From the NCBI GenBank assembly GCA_964019335.1, contig OZ025727.1, positions 310,001 through 374,000 on the forward strand: a DNA stretch of 64,000 nucleotides. Reading direction: 5' to 3'. The position numbers were made by a program, and so were the translations under genes. The notes below the pieces were generated by a model, which saw nothing but the letters and a program-made list of their open reading frames with translations, did not search any database and was not told the origin of the DNA. The first letter of the stretch is position 1. Every line of letters starts with the position of its first letter. Below are positions 45,101 through 54,668 of the stretch, piece by piece. This DNA is from Diplonema japonicum. Taxonomy: Eukaryota > Protista > Euglenozoa: Diplonemea.

Positions 45101-46218
45101 GTGTGCTAGACGAGTGTGCGGCTGCGCCCTGTGGTGCTGGGCAGGCTTGCTTCGACCCAAACACGTTATACAACATGCAGCATGACTATATCTGCACCTG
45201 CAACTCTGATACAACGCTTGTCCAGGTGGACGGCCCTGCACTGTGTACCTATGACGAGTGCGCGATGGTAGGCTGCGCGACTGGCCAGACGTGCAAGGAC
45301 AGGAACGTCTCAAGGCGCTCATTGAACGACTTCACCTGCACGTGTGGCAACGGGGTAAGCACCGTAGGCGGCAACGCGACGTGCGAACTGGACGAGTGCA
45401 CTGGAAATCCCTGCGGTACAGGACAGGTTTGCACCGACCCTGACTTGAGATACAACTCGCAGCAGGACTTTGTGTGCAGTTGTGGTAATGACACAAACCT
45501 GGTAAAGGTAGGCACTCCTGCTGAATGCACACTGGACGAGTGTGCAAGTAAGCCATGCGGCACCAACGACAACGAACAGGTGTGTGCTGACCCCGACACG
45601 TCTGCGAAGAGCTTGAACGACTTCACATGCACATGCCAGAACGGCGTGCGCACCGTTGGTGTGAAGGCAACATGTGAGTACAACGAGTGCAGCGCGGCAA
45701 CCTTTCCATGCGGCGACCCCTCGGAGCAGGAGTGTATGGACAGCAACAAAACTTACGCGGCTCAGCATGACTTTGAGTGCATGTGCAAGGGCAACATTGA
45801 CAAACGAGCAGTAGACGGTCCCGCACAGTGCAGGAACGATGAATGCGAGTGGACACCTTGTGGTGAAGGGCAAGCTTGCGAAGATCCTGTAAAGAGCTGG
45901 AGCAGTATGGAGGACTTTATATGTACGTGCCAGAACGGGGTCAGTGCCGTGGGCAGCAGGGCAGTTTGCTTCACTGAACCGCCTCATGAAAAGCTTAATG
46001 CTGCCCAGGATAATGATGACTCGAATGGCTACCTGCTGCCCCTCATCTTCCTTGCGTCCGTGCTGGGGCTTATTGGTCTCGCTGCTTGTTGTGCGTTGTA
46101 TTTCCACAGACAGCGGCAAGCGCTCGATATTTCCACGTTTACTAAAACGGTGGCGGACTACGACCCATCCCCTATCTCCGAGCTGGGTGCTCCCGCAGTG
46201 CATTACGCGCAAATCTGA
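39148..46218 (+). CDS. 2356-aa type I membrane protein: signal peptide, Cys-rich modules, about 4 PAN/apple-like domains, 30 EGF-like repeats, TM, short tail
   Basis: SAAECAKLC..C.YWTW..CW-type PAN motifs; 30 x (D/N)EC...CG.GQ.C.DP..D(F/Y).C.C...A.C at 41683-45969; TM YLLPLIFLASVLGLIGLAACCALYF. Confidence 0.9.
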   Translation: MRFSLLFITLLCRDAAGNIYNNRDCRDWGAPQNKNEYPKWHYCNRRPGDGNTRYKFLTDKMPPADVPPHKCGKGLVLRHDADGIVCANYGLGDDYGGPCDDLTCCVKEVCTSYKCPKNWVKKSDADQISCLFGCAEDLCCDPVLPVPKRNPAGLIFVDRDPKRFSFGGNITILRAPDETDIKEYRLYWGYANMVRKVPSCGLKNPVSWETIKWRSSKLIKKVKVTGCDITFELPMGTKPPPRDSSCTIKTNRQDRITAGTDPCNPHYIIVAAWNENGEKPVMATNEQQVGPRHPISDYEDEYDLPCAEGGITMGHDIPASEDYVLGKRNGVNSAAECAKLCREYNGAKGPCRYWTWAYPNKGHTAKTCWMESQILQKTHYGVRVVGPAVCPTKDGERPTGKERPRCNRWIRKASQAPFADEKGRNQWIAKGLHWVQKPNLPDVPLGPYDNAEECQAICDMDMLCIGFVYMKRDPSDKWFHSCFMIRQDVGFKSNIFYDSWMCSREGMAPLLNGYTMNTNPFGYTKCSQAPSTEEQANDVDCCAALCDADKSCASFTFWGDKKCQLFKSCSIQKVNKVEGCAYESCYDGYGAVTYTKDTARSMSVVDKWPQAGGDGGIPITVQTNGGMDGVEVTCVAWRDGKPTRPAVPTTVKAIKSQASLSTSFASAVVKDDIAEMLISREEMSAWIDDGQKYKIRCGVDDPKPLGLPDYVDRTIETNFVGGYQLVGAGYCKTTSCSSAKAIIPKNTPYTLAGCKKECDDHGPKCTAFWYRNHDGWCHLKIDGCKYDKVNKDANVQCFRVWKGKNPFLPGSDICPLSCTGTCAFKRQLGVYERDVFIPPRQICQAGDECATSPCGMGQTCKDPNTAPSSLNDYVCSCDADPSVTAIGTAAMCILDECAATPCGAGQDCSDPDTGYGSLNDFSCSCKSDPTVTQTGGPATCPPPQKDECTGDPCGTGQTCNDPSKTTTDIKDFTCTCDNDPATNATAKKATCELDECAASPCGPDQDCSDPDTRYSAHDNYECTCKADSTVKTVGVAAVCSQDECSSKPCGTGQTCNDPTKTPTTLKDYTCTCDSDPATKVTGGVATCELDECASSPCGTGQACTDPNTKYSSKLDFECVCQADATIKKIGAPATCSKDECASDPCGTGQTCNDPTPTIHTVKDYTCTCDSDPATKATGSKATCVLDECTSGPCGADQDCTDPDTKYSSQSDFECSCKADATIKKIGASATCSRDECASDPCGTGQTCNDPTPTIHTVKDYTCTCNNDPATKATGAKATCMLDECASSPCGTGQDCTDPDTKYSSNLDFECSCKADTSIKKVGAPATCTKDECASDPCGTGQTCNDPTPTIHTVKDYTCTCDSDPATKSTGTKATCVLDECDSGPCGADQDCTDPDTSYSSQFDYTCSCKASPTIVKVGGTATCERDECVSLPCGAQQTCSDPNKSPKSLKDYVCSCNNDPSTATGTQATCELNECTSAPCGTGQVCVDPDTRKGSAWDFTCTCMGDAATSSTGRAALCVIDECVTSPCGSQACTDPDTLASSAGDFVCSCPGGSPSKVGGIATCSTGTADECATNPCGAQQCNDPNQKASSTGDYICSCISGTGTATGMPANCVLDECLSNPCDSQACTDTNTDPAAVNDFTCSCQAPATGTATGAKAACVVDECLTSPCNASQTCSDISAAMYDFTCTCDNGVQATGGSATCELDECAAIPCGAGQTCNDPNTKYTSQHDYTCTCISDPTRLQTDGPALCSYDECSANPCATGQTCSDPDKGTHKLKDFICTCANSVKATGGSATCELDECAGTPCGTGQTCNDPNKKYTSQHDYTCMCDSDSSIFQVDGPAQCTYDECLNSVCGVGQTCLDSNVSTRSLKDFVCTCTNGVKATGGAATCELDECAANPCGAGQTCSDPDTRYVMQHDFTCTCAGDTKLFQVDGPATCENDECSKNICGTGQTCLDLNKSVHSLKDFTCTCSNGVKATGGAATCVLDECAAAPCGAGQACFDPNTLYNMQHDYICTCNSDTTLVQVDGPALCTYDECAMVGCATGQTCKDRNVSRRSLNDFTCTCGNGVSTVGGNATCELDECTGNPCGTGQVCTDPDLRYNSQQDFVCSCGNDTNLVKVGTPAECTLDECASKPCGTNDNEQVCADPDTSAKSLNDFTCTCQNGVRTVGVKATCEYNECSAATFPCGDPSEQECMDSNKTYAAQHDFECMCKGNIDKRAVDGPAQCRNDECEWTPCGEGQACEDPVKSWSSMEDFICTCQNGVSAVGSRAVCFTEPPHEKLNAAQDNDDSNGYLLPLIFLASVLGLIGLAACCALYFHRQRQALDISTFTKTVADYDPSPISELGAPAVHYAQI

Positions 46219-47107
46219 AAGATTTTTTTTGTTTTTTTTTTTATTTATTTTTAAAAATTTCTTTTTAAATTTTTTCATGTTACTTCATCCCCCTTCCTTT
46301 CTTTGACTTGTCTAAACAAAAAAAAAAAAAAAAAAATGGAAATGTCCGGGCCCACAAAATAAAACCAGGCCAGTTTTCCTCTTTTTTTTTTTTTTCTTTC
46401 GGGTTTTCCTACCCTCTCCTACAGTACAAAACACCAGGGTCACTTCCTCTTTTTTTTTTTTTTTTACACCCCCTGAAAGAACTGCATGACACCAATATTG
46501 AGAACGGAGGGGAAAAAAGAATCTTGGAAAAAAAAAGTAAAGAATATCAGATAAGGCAATGCTACCTGTGTTTATTGGACCTGCTCTTTCCTCTTATGTA
46601 TTGCAACAAGGTAATATATGGATTATAAAAAAAAGGGGGTTGTTTATAGAGATCGCATGCCTTTTTTTCTTTTCCTTTTTTTTTTCTTCTTTTTTTTTTC
46701 TTGTTCCCTTCTTGTTCAGTCAGCTGTTGCACCCCCCCACTACACTAGTACTACTTTATTTTCTCGCAAGGAAATCTTCCCTGCCTTGGGTCTTGCCTCC
46801 CGTTGCAGGTGGCCATCTTGTGTGTCATTGAAAGTAATTTCTTTTATTAACGCCCGCACACAAAACAGCACCAAAAACCACTTTTTTTTTTTTTTTGTCT
46901 TCCTTCTTTTTTTTTTTTTATATTCCTCCACTCCATCCTTTTAATGCGAACGAAACAAAACAAAACAAAACAAAAAAAAAGAAAGAAAGCCATTCTTTAT
47001 TCTTTGAATTTATTGAAACGGGAGCGGAACCTTCTTCAGAAAAAAAGAAAAAAAAGAAGAAAAGGAAAGGGGGAGGAAAGACCTTGCAGATTATCATCAC
47101 GTGTTTC

Positions 47108-47138
<31 letters not shown>

Positions 47139-47699
47139 AAAAGAAAAGAAAAGAAAAGAAAAGAAAAGAAAAGAAACAAGTTACCTGCTGTCAACCTGCG
47201 CTATAACTTATTTTGCGAAGACCAATGCGTTAAGTTATGACGTTTTGGCAATAGAAGCTATTTCTTTCTTTTTCCTTTTTTTTTTTTTTTTTTTTTTGCT
47301 TTTCCTCCTTTCCTTTTTGACTAACTGTTCCCGGAAGAAGAAAAAAATAAACGAATAAAAGAGAAGAATTAAAAACACACACGCGGAGATAGCTTTCGCC
47401 GCTGAATAGAAAATAGGAAAAAAAAAAAAAAAAAGAATGAATAGAAAAATAATGCGAAAAAGAAAAGAAAAAAAACCTCCTTCCCCCCGCCCTCCTTTTT
47501 TTTTTTGATTTATTCAAGCAAAGAAAAATTTATTTATTTTCTATTATCCCTCCCATTTTCTTTTTGTTGTATTTTCAATGCTGTGTGCAAAAGAGAAAAA
47601 AAGAAAAAAAAATTATATCCTCCTCTCTATTTTTTTTTCTTTTTTTTCTTTTTTTTTTTTTTTTTTAATTCAATCGCTTTCCAACCCAAATTTATATAT

Positions 47700-49074
47700 G
47701 GCATCGTTTCAAAAACCCCCCCAAAATGAGGCCAATTGACACTTTCAATATTTCTCTAAGTACTTTTTCCCAAAGAAAAAAAATTCTACAACTTTCCCGG
47801 CCCAGGTTAGGAAAGAAAACACCCCAGAAAATGGGAAAGTGAGTGTTACTAGTACCCAGAAAATTCAGTCCTAGGGGCAAAAATGGGTTTTTTCACTTTG
47901 CACAAATTCAGTAAAAGAGGGAGTGACAAAAATGGATGCTTTTAAACTTGCTGTTGAGAAGCTAGGGGTAAAAAAAAATGGTATTCGGACCGAGAAAGGG
48001 TAAATGGGAACACCACGGCGATCAGGACACTCGCCACAGAGGTTTTTGAGAAGCTCAGTGGCAACGACTGTGCTGCACTAGTTTATGGCGTAGTGTGTAA
48101 AGGGGAACTTCTAGCGGCACTTCTGCTATCATTTTCTGGTTGATTTAGTAGCCAACAAGACACCACACGGCGCCAATTGGTCAGAGGCATGAGGCGGAGG
48201 GAGAAACACGGCAAAAACAACAGGGACAGCCACTTTGGTGTGCTCTCGTGTTTGGTTTTGGGTGCCTCGTTCCACAACAATTAAAACTGTGGAACAAATA
48301 GCTAACATCACCAATACGATACGGTGCGCCGTGCATGTAGTTACTGATGTCTTTGGCCCGTACAAAAAGAAAATTCTTGAGTTTCCGGATTTTACAGGTG
48401 CATATGAGCTCAGGAGCACACCGGAGGGTGTACTTGCTACGTGTGCGTCCACGAGCTAGAAAGAACTAAAGTACATCATCAAAGAACTCGATGCAGACAG
48501 GGCAGAGAAAAGGCCCCCAGTCTATGAATCTTGTGATGAGTATGAGGACGTTCCTGATAGCCTTCCCGGACTTGAAAAACGAGAAAGAATAGTAACCAAA
48601 TTACAAAAATACTCGACACCCCATGACAAGCCCAAAGCACCAAGTACACCTACGAATGAGCCTCTTAAAACCCCCCAAAATGCGGTAGAAGGCCTAATAG
48701 TATGAAAAAGAAACGAGGTCGCCCACTCAGCAGCAGCACATCTCAGCCGCAGAAGACCCTAGGTAAGGTTCCCTAGGAAATGAAGGTTTCCACTTCCAAC
48801 ATCATTTCAGCCACCTTCTAGCAGTGAGTTCCGCTATTTCTTGCTATTGAAAGCATACTCTCTGACTTTACCAAAACCACTAAAACCCGATTTTTACCCT
48901 AAGACTGAATTTTTCATAGGTCAAAATAGCACCCTTGAGCGATTTCTGACCCGGGTTCTTTCCTAATATGGGCCGGGAAATATGGAGAATTTTTTTTAAA
49001 GGGGGCGGCATGCCCAAAGATGCAACGAAAGTGTCAATTGGCCTCATTTTGGGGGTGGGGTTTGAAATCGACCC
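47700..49074. mobile_element. Non-autonomous TIR DNA transposon with ATAT flanks
   Basis: About 47-bp imperfect TIR with core CCCCCAAAATGAGGCCAATTGACACTTTC; further inverted match TTTCCCGGCCCA..TTAGGAAAGAA. Confidence 0.8.
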
Positions 49075-49119
49075 ATATATATATTTTTTTTTTAAAAAAG
49101 ACGGGGGGGGGGAAAAAAA

Positions 49120-50151
49120 ATGGTACACCCGACCCCGAACGAATCGACAAAAATAACCCGAGAAGCCCCCACTGGCTACGTCCAGCTCGGCACGGTCAAG
49201 ATCCCAAAGAGAATAGTAGTAGTTTGTATGATCCTGTTCTTCATATCGTTCGCCTTCGGGATGGGCTTCGGCATTGAACCCCACACCGACGACCCACCAC
49301 CATGGGACAGAATCAGCGCCATCGTCGGCTGGGGCTATACCGTAGCGTGGATGACCTCCTTCTACCCTCAGGTTTACCTCAACTGGGTCAGAAAGAGCGT
49401 GATAGGTCTCTCATTTGACTTTCAGGTCCTCAACCTGGTCGGTTTCCTCTGCTACTCCGCTTTCACAATTTCCCTATTCTACATCGAGTACATGAGAGAC
49501 GAATACAGGTTAATGTATGATGGTTCAAATCCATCCGTTCGGGAAAATGACGTTGTTTTCGCGACGCATGCTGTTGTCCTTACTGCGGTGACATGTTCTC
49601 AGATCGTTATTTATGAAAAGGGCGGGCAGAGGGTGAACCCTGTCACGTGGGTTGCACTTGTTTTGATACTTATATTTTTCTTATCATGGGTTGTCGAGCT
49701 ATCTGTGAATGGCGGGAATTACGCTGATCGTAACCGACCGTGGATCTGGCTCGATTTTCTAAACGGGCTATCTTGGGTCAAACTTGGAATTTCTGTTGTG
49801 AAGTATACCCCGCAGGTTTACCTGAATTACCGTAGAAAGAGCACGTCCGGCTGGAACATTTACAACATCCTCTTGGACTTCACAGGGGGTGTTCTTTCAC
49901 TTGGACAGCTTCTCATGGACTCTATCTCTCAGGGCGACTGGTCCAACGTAACCGGTAATACCGTGAAGTTCGGCCTTGGTTTCTGCTCCATGTTTTTCGA
50001 CATAATCTTCATGACGCAGCACTATGTCATCTATAAGGACAATAATGGGAACTCCTTCCAGTCTTTAGAAGAGGATGATGCCAAGCAGGCCGAGGTGGAG
50101 AGTGCGCTGCGGACGATGACAGAAAGCGACATCGCCAAGGAAGGCGTGTAA
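49120..50151 (+). CDS. CTNS: Cystinosin-like PQ-loop lysosomal cystine transporter
   Basis: GW.Y..AW..SFYPQ.YLNW.RKSV.GLS.DF..LN..GF; KY.PQ.YLNYRRKST.GWNI.NILLDFTGG; KFGLG..S.FFDIIFM.QHY. Confidence 0.92.
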   Translation: MVHPTPNESTKITREAPTGYVQLGTVKIPKRIVVVCMILFFISFAFGMGFGIEPHTDDPPPWDRISAIVGWGYTVAWMTSFYPQVYLNWVRKSVIGLSFDFQVLNLVGFLCYSAFTISLFYIEYMRDEYRLMYDGSNPSVRENDVVFATHAVVLTAVTCSQIVIYEKGGQRVNPVTWVALVLILIFFLSWVVELSVNGGNYADRNRPWIWLDFLNGLSWVKLGISVVKYTPQVYLNYRRKSTSGWNIYNILLDFTGGVLSLGQLLMDSISQGDWSNVTGNTVKFGLGFCSMFFDIIFMTQHYVIYKDNNGNSFQSLEEDDAKQAEVESALRTMTESDIAKEGV

Positions 50152-50266
50152 ATAAAAAAAAAAAAAACCTTTCCCACCCATCTTGCTTTTTTTTTTAAAA
50201 AAGAAGAAAAAAAAAGAAAGGGGGGAAAAAAAAGATGGGTTTATGACCAAAAAGATTGCAGCCCCA

Positions 50267-50300
<34 letters not shown>

Positions 50301-50857
50301 CAGTTCACATTCTTATCCCTCTCTCTCCCGTTTTTTCGCATTCGATGAAAAAGAAAAGTAAAAAGGGGGAAAGAAAAAAAAAGCTCTCTCCAAAGCGGGG
50401 AAAAAGAAAAAAAGTAACATTCGACTGCAATATAAAAGAGGGGGGGGGGGGGGGGGGGAATAACCCCCCTCCCACCCCCCCGCCTTGTTAAACCCGATGA
50501 ACTGTGTCGCTCAAGACGTGGCTTTGGGGACATTGCAGCTTGCCCTGCGCCTGCTCAAGGGGAGGGAGGAGCATGGTGCTTCTGCCAAAAGCCTAAAGCA
50601 ATCGGAAGGGCAATGTCGAGAATGGGTTCGGGTGGTAACAAAAGAAGGAAGCCCACACCTTGAACTTGATACAACAGTCGCTATAGCTTCCTGCTGAGGG
50701 CCCCCCTACCTCCCTACCCCGGTTATAACAAAAACACGTGTGGCATTTTTTTTTTTTTTTTTTCACTCCCTCCCCTTTTTTTTTCTTTTTTATTTTTTTC
50801 TCTCTGGGGGGGGGGAAACAAAAAAAGCTTTTTTGTTGCTTTAAAAAAAAAAAAAAA

Positions 50858-51092
50858 ATGTCAATAGAAATTGCAAGGCCCAGGAGAGGCCAGCAGTCGA
50901 CCGCCATGGCAGTGAGACCTGAGAATCGGGAAGGAGCTGGGCAGGTATAATAATAAACAACAACAACAACAAAAAAAGATTTTTTTTTATTTCCCATCCA
51001 GCTAGTAAGCGCCCCGTCTCAGCAAGAAGAAACCTATGACGAACCGTATGTACCTGGAGAGGGCGAAATGGGGTTGCTAGAAGTATGGAAAG

Positions 51093-51124
<32 letters not shown>

Positions 51125-52021
51125 AAAAACACAGGTATACTATAACACAAGACACAGCGGGGAGAAGATACCAGTGTGCAGCAGGCCGACCCACGAGCTC
51201 GCCAAGAATTTCACCGACTTCGAGAACCAGCCCGTAAACCTGGCGGACCCCATACTGCTCCGAGGCAAGCTGTCAGCCATGCAGGACGCCATGATGGGCA
51301 ATGTCCACGACTCCGCAGTTATAAGCGGCGCACAGTTCAAAGGGATAGCAGGTGAGCTGGACACCTTCATGGCCCATGAGTACATTCTTGTCGGGTACAA
51401 GGACTATTCCCAATGGGCGGCGCATTCCATGAGTGAAGGCGGTCTGGGATGGCTGAACCCGTTTGGTAAGAAATATGTAAAACGGTTTTTCGCGATCGAA
51501 ATGGGCAGCGAGCCCGGGATGTTCATCGAGATCACGGAGAAGCAGTTTTTAGTAGGGTGCAACAAATTGCACAGGAAACGGGTAAGAGCACCCGGGGCAG
51601 GTCGCAAAACTGGTCTTCAAAACTACGAGGCGCTCAACCAGGAGCAGTTCAATGCGGTGTACAATAAGAAGGAGGTCGAAGCCGGACATAGTTCTTCTAA
51701 CAGCGATGCGCACAGGGAGGAGCCCGTTCCTAGAAAGAATATGTCGGCACTTGATGTGTTTATTTCTTACACGCCGCTTGGGTACTACCGTCGAGTTCGA
51801 GACGAGACTTACAAGGCTATCGGGAATGCTGTTGTTACAATAGCTGTGACATCTGCTGCGGTATTCGTCCTTTACAGGTATTGCGTCCGCCCCTTTCTCC
51901 CATCGTCTGGGAGGCAACCGGCGTCTTACCGCAGTACGAGACGACAAGCACAGCAATCTTGGGAACCTGCCGGTTTCTTTGGTTACCGTGTTGGGGACGT
52001 GTTTGATAGGATTTTGGGAAC

Positions 52022-52025
<4 letters not shown>
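50858..52025 (+). CDS. Hypothetical membrane protein of about 352 aa, three exons: 50858-50944, 51002-51082, 51135-52025
   Basis: Two phase-0 GT-AG introns (57 and 52 nt) join ATG 50858 in frame to the ORF at 51174, which has no ATG start of its own; C-terminal TM AVVTIAVTSAAVFVLY. Confidence 0.75.
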
Positions 52026-52057
<32 letters not shown>

Positions 52058-52597
52058 TCTTGAAAAAAAGTGTGGTTAAAAAAAAAAAAAAGAAAAAGAA
52101 AAAAAAAAAAAAAAAAGAGGGGGGAAAAATATTTTACTAACCCTTCCCCCCCCCCTTCTTTTTTTTTCCGTGCTATAATTAGGCGGTTTTTTTTTTGTAA
52201 GAAAAGAATTTTTAGAAGCATTAAAAAAAAAGAAATGTGAGAAAAGAAAAACTTGAAGGAGGGGAGGGGTAAATATAGGGAATGGGTGGGGAGGGGAAAA
52301 AAAAGATATCTTTTTTCTAAAAAAAGAAAAAGAAAAAAAAAAGAGTTGAAAAAAAAGGTGCGATGCCCTCCCCCTCTTGTTTTTTCCTCCCTCTCTCCCC
52401 TCGATCTACCCTTCTTTTTTTTTTTCTTTTAAATTCTGGAACCCACCCTCCTCTTTCACAACAAATAAAAAAAAGATCCTCCCTTTCCCCCCCCCCCCCT
52501 ATTTTCTTTTCTTATTTCATTGTCATTCTATTTTTAAAAAAAAAAAAAAAAAAGAGGGAGAGAGGGAAGAAAAAAAAAAAAAAAAAAAGAAAGAAAA

Positions 52598-53266
52598 ATG
52601 GCAAAACTTATTATGTACTACGATTGCATCTCCCCTTATGCAATGATTATGTACAGTAATCTCTTGAGGCATGGGAGGGAATGGAATGATGTCAAGATGG
52701 CGTTCAAGCCAGTGCTCCTTGCTGGGGTGATGCAGATGTCTGGGAACACCCCCCCTGGTATGAACAAGGCCAAGGCGGCCTACATGGGCGCGGACTTGAA
52801 AATGAATAGCGAAATGAGTGGAGTGAAACTCCTCAGGATGCCAAAGAACTTTTTCGATGTTGCAAAGGACATGAGGCCTCAGAGAATGCTCTCATCGATA
52901 GAAAGAACAGAGACAGAGCAAATTCAAAGAGAAGCCATCAGGCTCACATTTGCTGCCATACACTCCAACCCCGAGAACCGAGATGGCCCCAACTTCATCT
53001 TCCCTCCCACACTTCTCGAGGATATCTGTAAGGCTGCTGAGGTCAGCAATATCCCGCGTACGCTTTCCTCCATTGAAACAGATGATGTTAAAAACCACCT
53101 CAAAGAGAACACTGCTGAGGCTGTAGGCCTTGGGATGTTTGGGGCACCATTCATCCATGCTACAAACTCTGCAGGTGCCACCCACTCCTTCTTCGGGTCC
53201 GACAGGCTTGAGCACCTTTGCGCGTTCATCGGAAAGCCATACCATGGAATGGGGCACAAATTGTAG
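52598..53266 (+). CDS. GSTK1: Glutathione S-transferase kappa / HCCA isomerase (DsbA-like fold)
   Basis: YYDCISPYA, PVLLAGVM..SGN.PP...AKA.YM..DL, A...G.FGAPF, FFGSDRLE. Confidence 0.88.
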   Translation: MAKLIMYYDCISPYAMIMYSNLLRHGREWNDVKMAFKPVLLAGVMQMSGNTPPGMNKAKAAYMGADLKMNSEMSGVKLLRMPKNFFDVAKDMRPQRMLSSIERTETEQIQREAIRLTFAAIHSNPENRDGPNFIFPPTLLEDICKAAEVSNIPRTLSSIETDDVKNHLKENTAEAVGLGMFGAPFIHATNSAGATHSFFGSDRLEHLCAFIGKPYHGMGHKL

Positions 53267-53638
53267 GTTGATGCAAAAAGAATACTATTTCCCCCCCCCC
53301 CCCTCCCCCATTTAAACCTCAACAATAGGGTTTAAAAAAAAAAAACGAAAACAGAAACGTTATATGTTAGGTTCTTCTGTCGGGAGACTTTTGAGTCCCT
53401 CAGTGTCCTCTTCAAGAAAGAGGTGCACGAGGGAGGGGTCAAAACTAACGAAGTTACCACTTACCAGGTTAATATTATTTTTCTTCTCTCTCTTTTCCGG
53501 ATTGTTTTTTTTTTCCTTTGAGGGCAGGGCAAAAGATTTTCCAACAGACAGAAAGTTTACATCCCTTCTCTTTAGTACTATTTTCTTTTTCCAAGCACAG
53601 TTAACCCTACAAACAGGCTGTTCTCTGAACAAAAAAGC

Positions 53639-54502
53639 ATGACTCACGGCTACACCAACATCAGCACGGAGGAGGATTGCAACGAGCCACACCAAGAGGT
53701 CCACCATGAGGCAGCGGTGCCGCCGCCTGCGACTGTGCCCATGCAGCTACTTCCTGCTTTCCCTGCTTATGCGCCACAAGGACCCCCTATGTACCAGCAT
53801 CCCCCTGTGGTGTACCCACCCGCTTCAGTGTACCCCCCTGCACAGGCACCAGTTGACCCCCCTGCACAGACTCCCGTGTACCCCCCTGCACAGGCACCAG
53901 TTTTCCCTCCTGCACAGGCTCCAGTGTACCCCCAGGCATCTGCGCCTCCTGCACAAGGGTTGCCTGCGATGTGGAAGTCCGGACTGTTTGACTGCATGTC
54001 GACGGGAGGGAACCTGTGCTGCAACGTGTACTGGTGCCTGCCGTGCATGATAGGTAGGAACCACACTGCCGCCTTCCTAGGACAGCCCGATACAATGGAC
54101 TCCACTGTGTGCTGCGGGCTCGTCTCTTCCTGCCTTATTGGATATTTTTTGACTTCGGCCTATATGCTCCTTAGCAGTTTTGCATCTAATGCCCCCCTCT
54201 GCTGCTACATGTTTGGCTGGTCTACTGCTTCAGGGTACACCTGGTGGCAGAGGCACACCATCAGGAAGAAGTATGGTGTGCACGGGGACATGTGCGGGGA
54301 CTGCCTTGTGTCCTCCTGCTGTATAACTTGCGTTACCTGCCAGCACCACACTGAGCTCGTGCAGCACGGAGTGCACCCTGGGTCCTGCTGCTGTGATATT
54401 GGCGTCCCTCAGCTCCCGCAGCGAGCCATGTATATTGTAGGTGCGCCTCAACAACAACAGCAGGCCTCTTCTGCGGTTCAGCCTGGGTATGTCCAGTCCT
54501 AG
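53639..54502 (+). CDS. PLAC8 family protein, copy 3, with Pro-rich N-terminal 8-aa repeats
   Basis: PV(Y/D/F)PPAQ(A/T) repeats (24-bp units, about 53805-53958) followed by the PLAC8 domain. Confidence 0.9.
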   Translation: MTHGYTNISTEEDCNEPHQEVHHEAAVPPPATVPMQLLPAFPAYAPQGPPMYQHPPVVYPPASVYPPAQAPVDPPAQTPVYPPAQAPVFPPAQAPVYPQASAPPAQGLPAMWKSGLFDCMSTGGNLCCNVYWCLPCMIGRNHTAAFLGQPDTMDSTVCCGLVSSCLIGYFLTSAYMLLSSFASNAPLCCYMFGWSTASGYTWWQRHTIRKKYGVHGDMCGDCLVSSCCITCVTCQHHTELVQHGVHPGSCCCDIGVPQLPQRAMYIVGAPQQQQQASSAVQPGYVQS

Positions 54503-54668
54503 AAGGTGAAGGTTGTGTTGGAAAATGCTTTTTTCTGAACTTTTTGTTTTTCGGGACGGGCGAGCAGTGTTACAAAGTTTTTTCTTTTATTCGAATGCTG
54601 GCAGCGTTATGCATTACAAGTTTTCACGGTTGATCGGAACTAGTGATAGACTTCGGATTTATTTCTTT

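Noticed and set aside
46300-47700. Poly-K/F/P/G ORFs here and in other spacers, and minus-strand ORFs over genes
   Set aside because: Translations of homopolymer tracts, or antisense shadows of GC3-rich genes.
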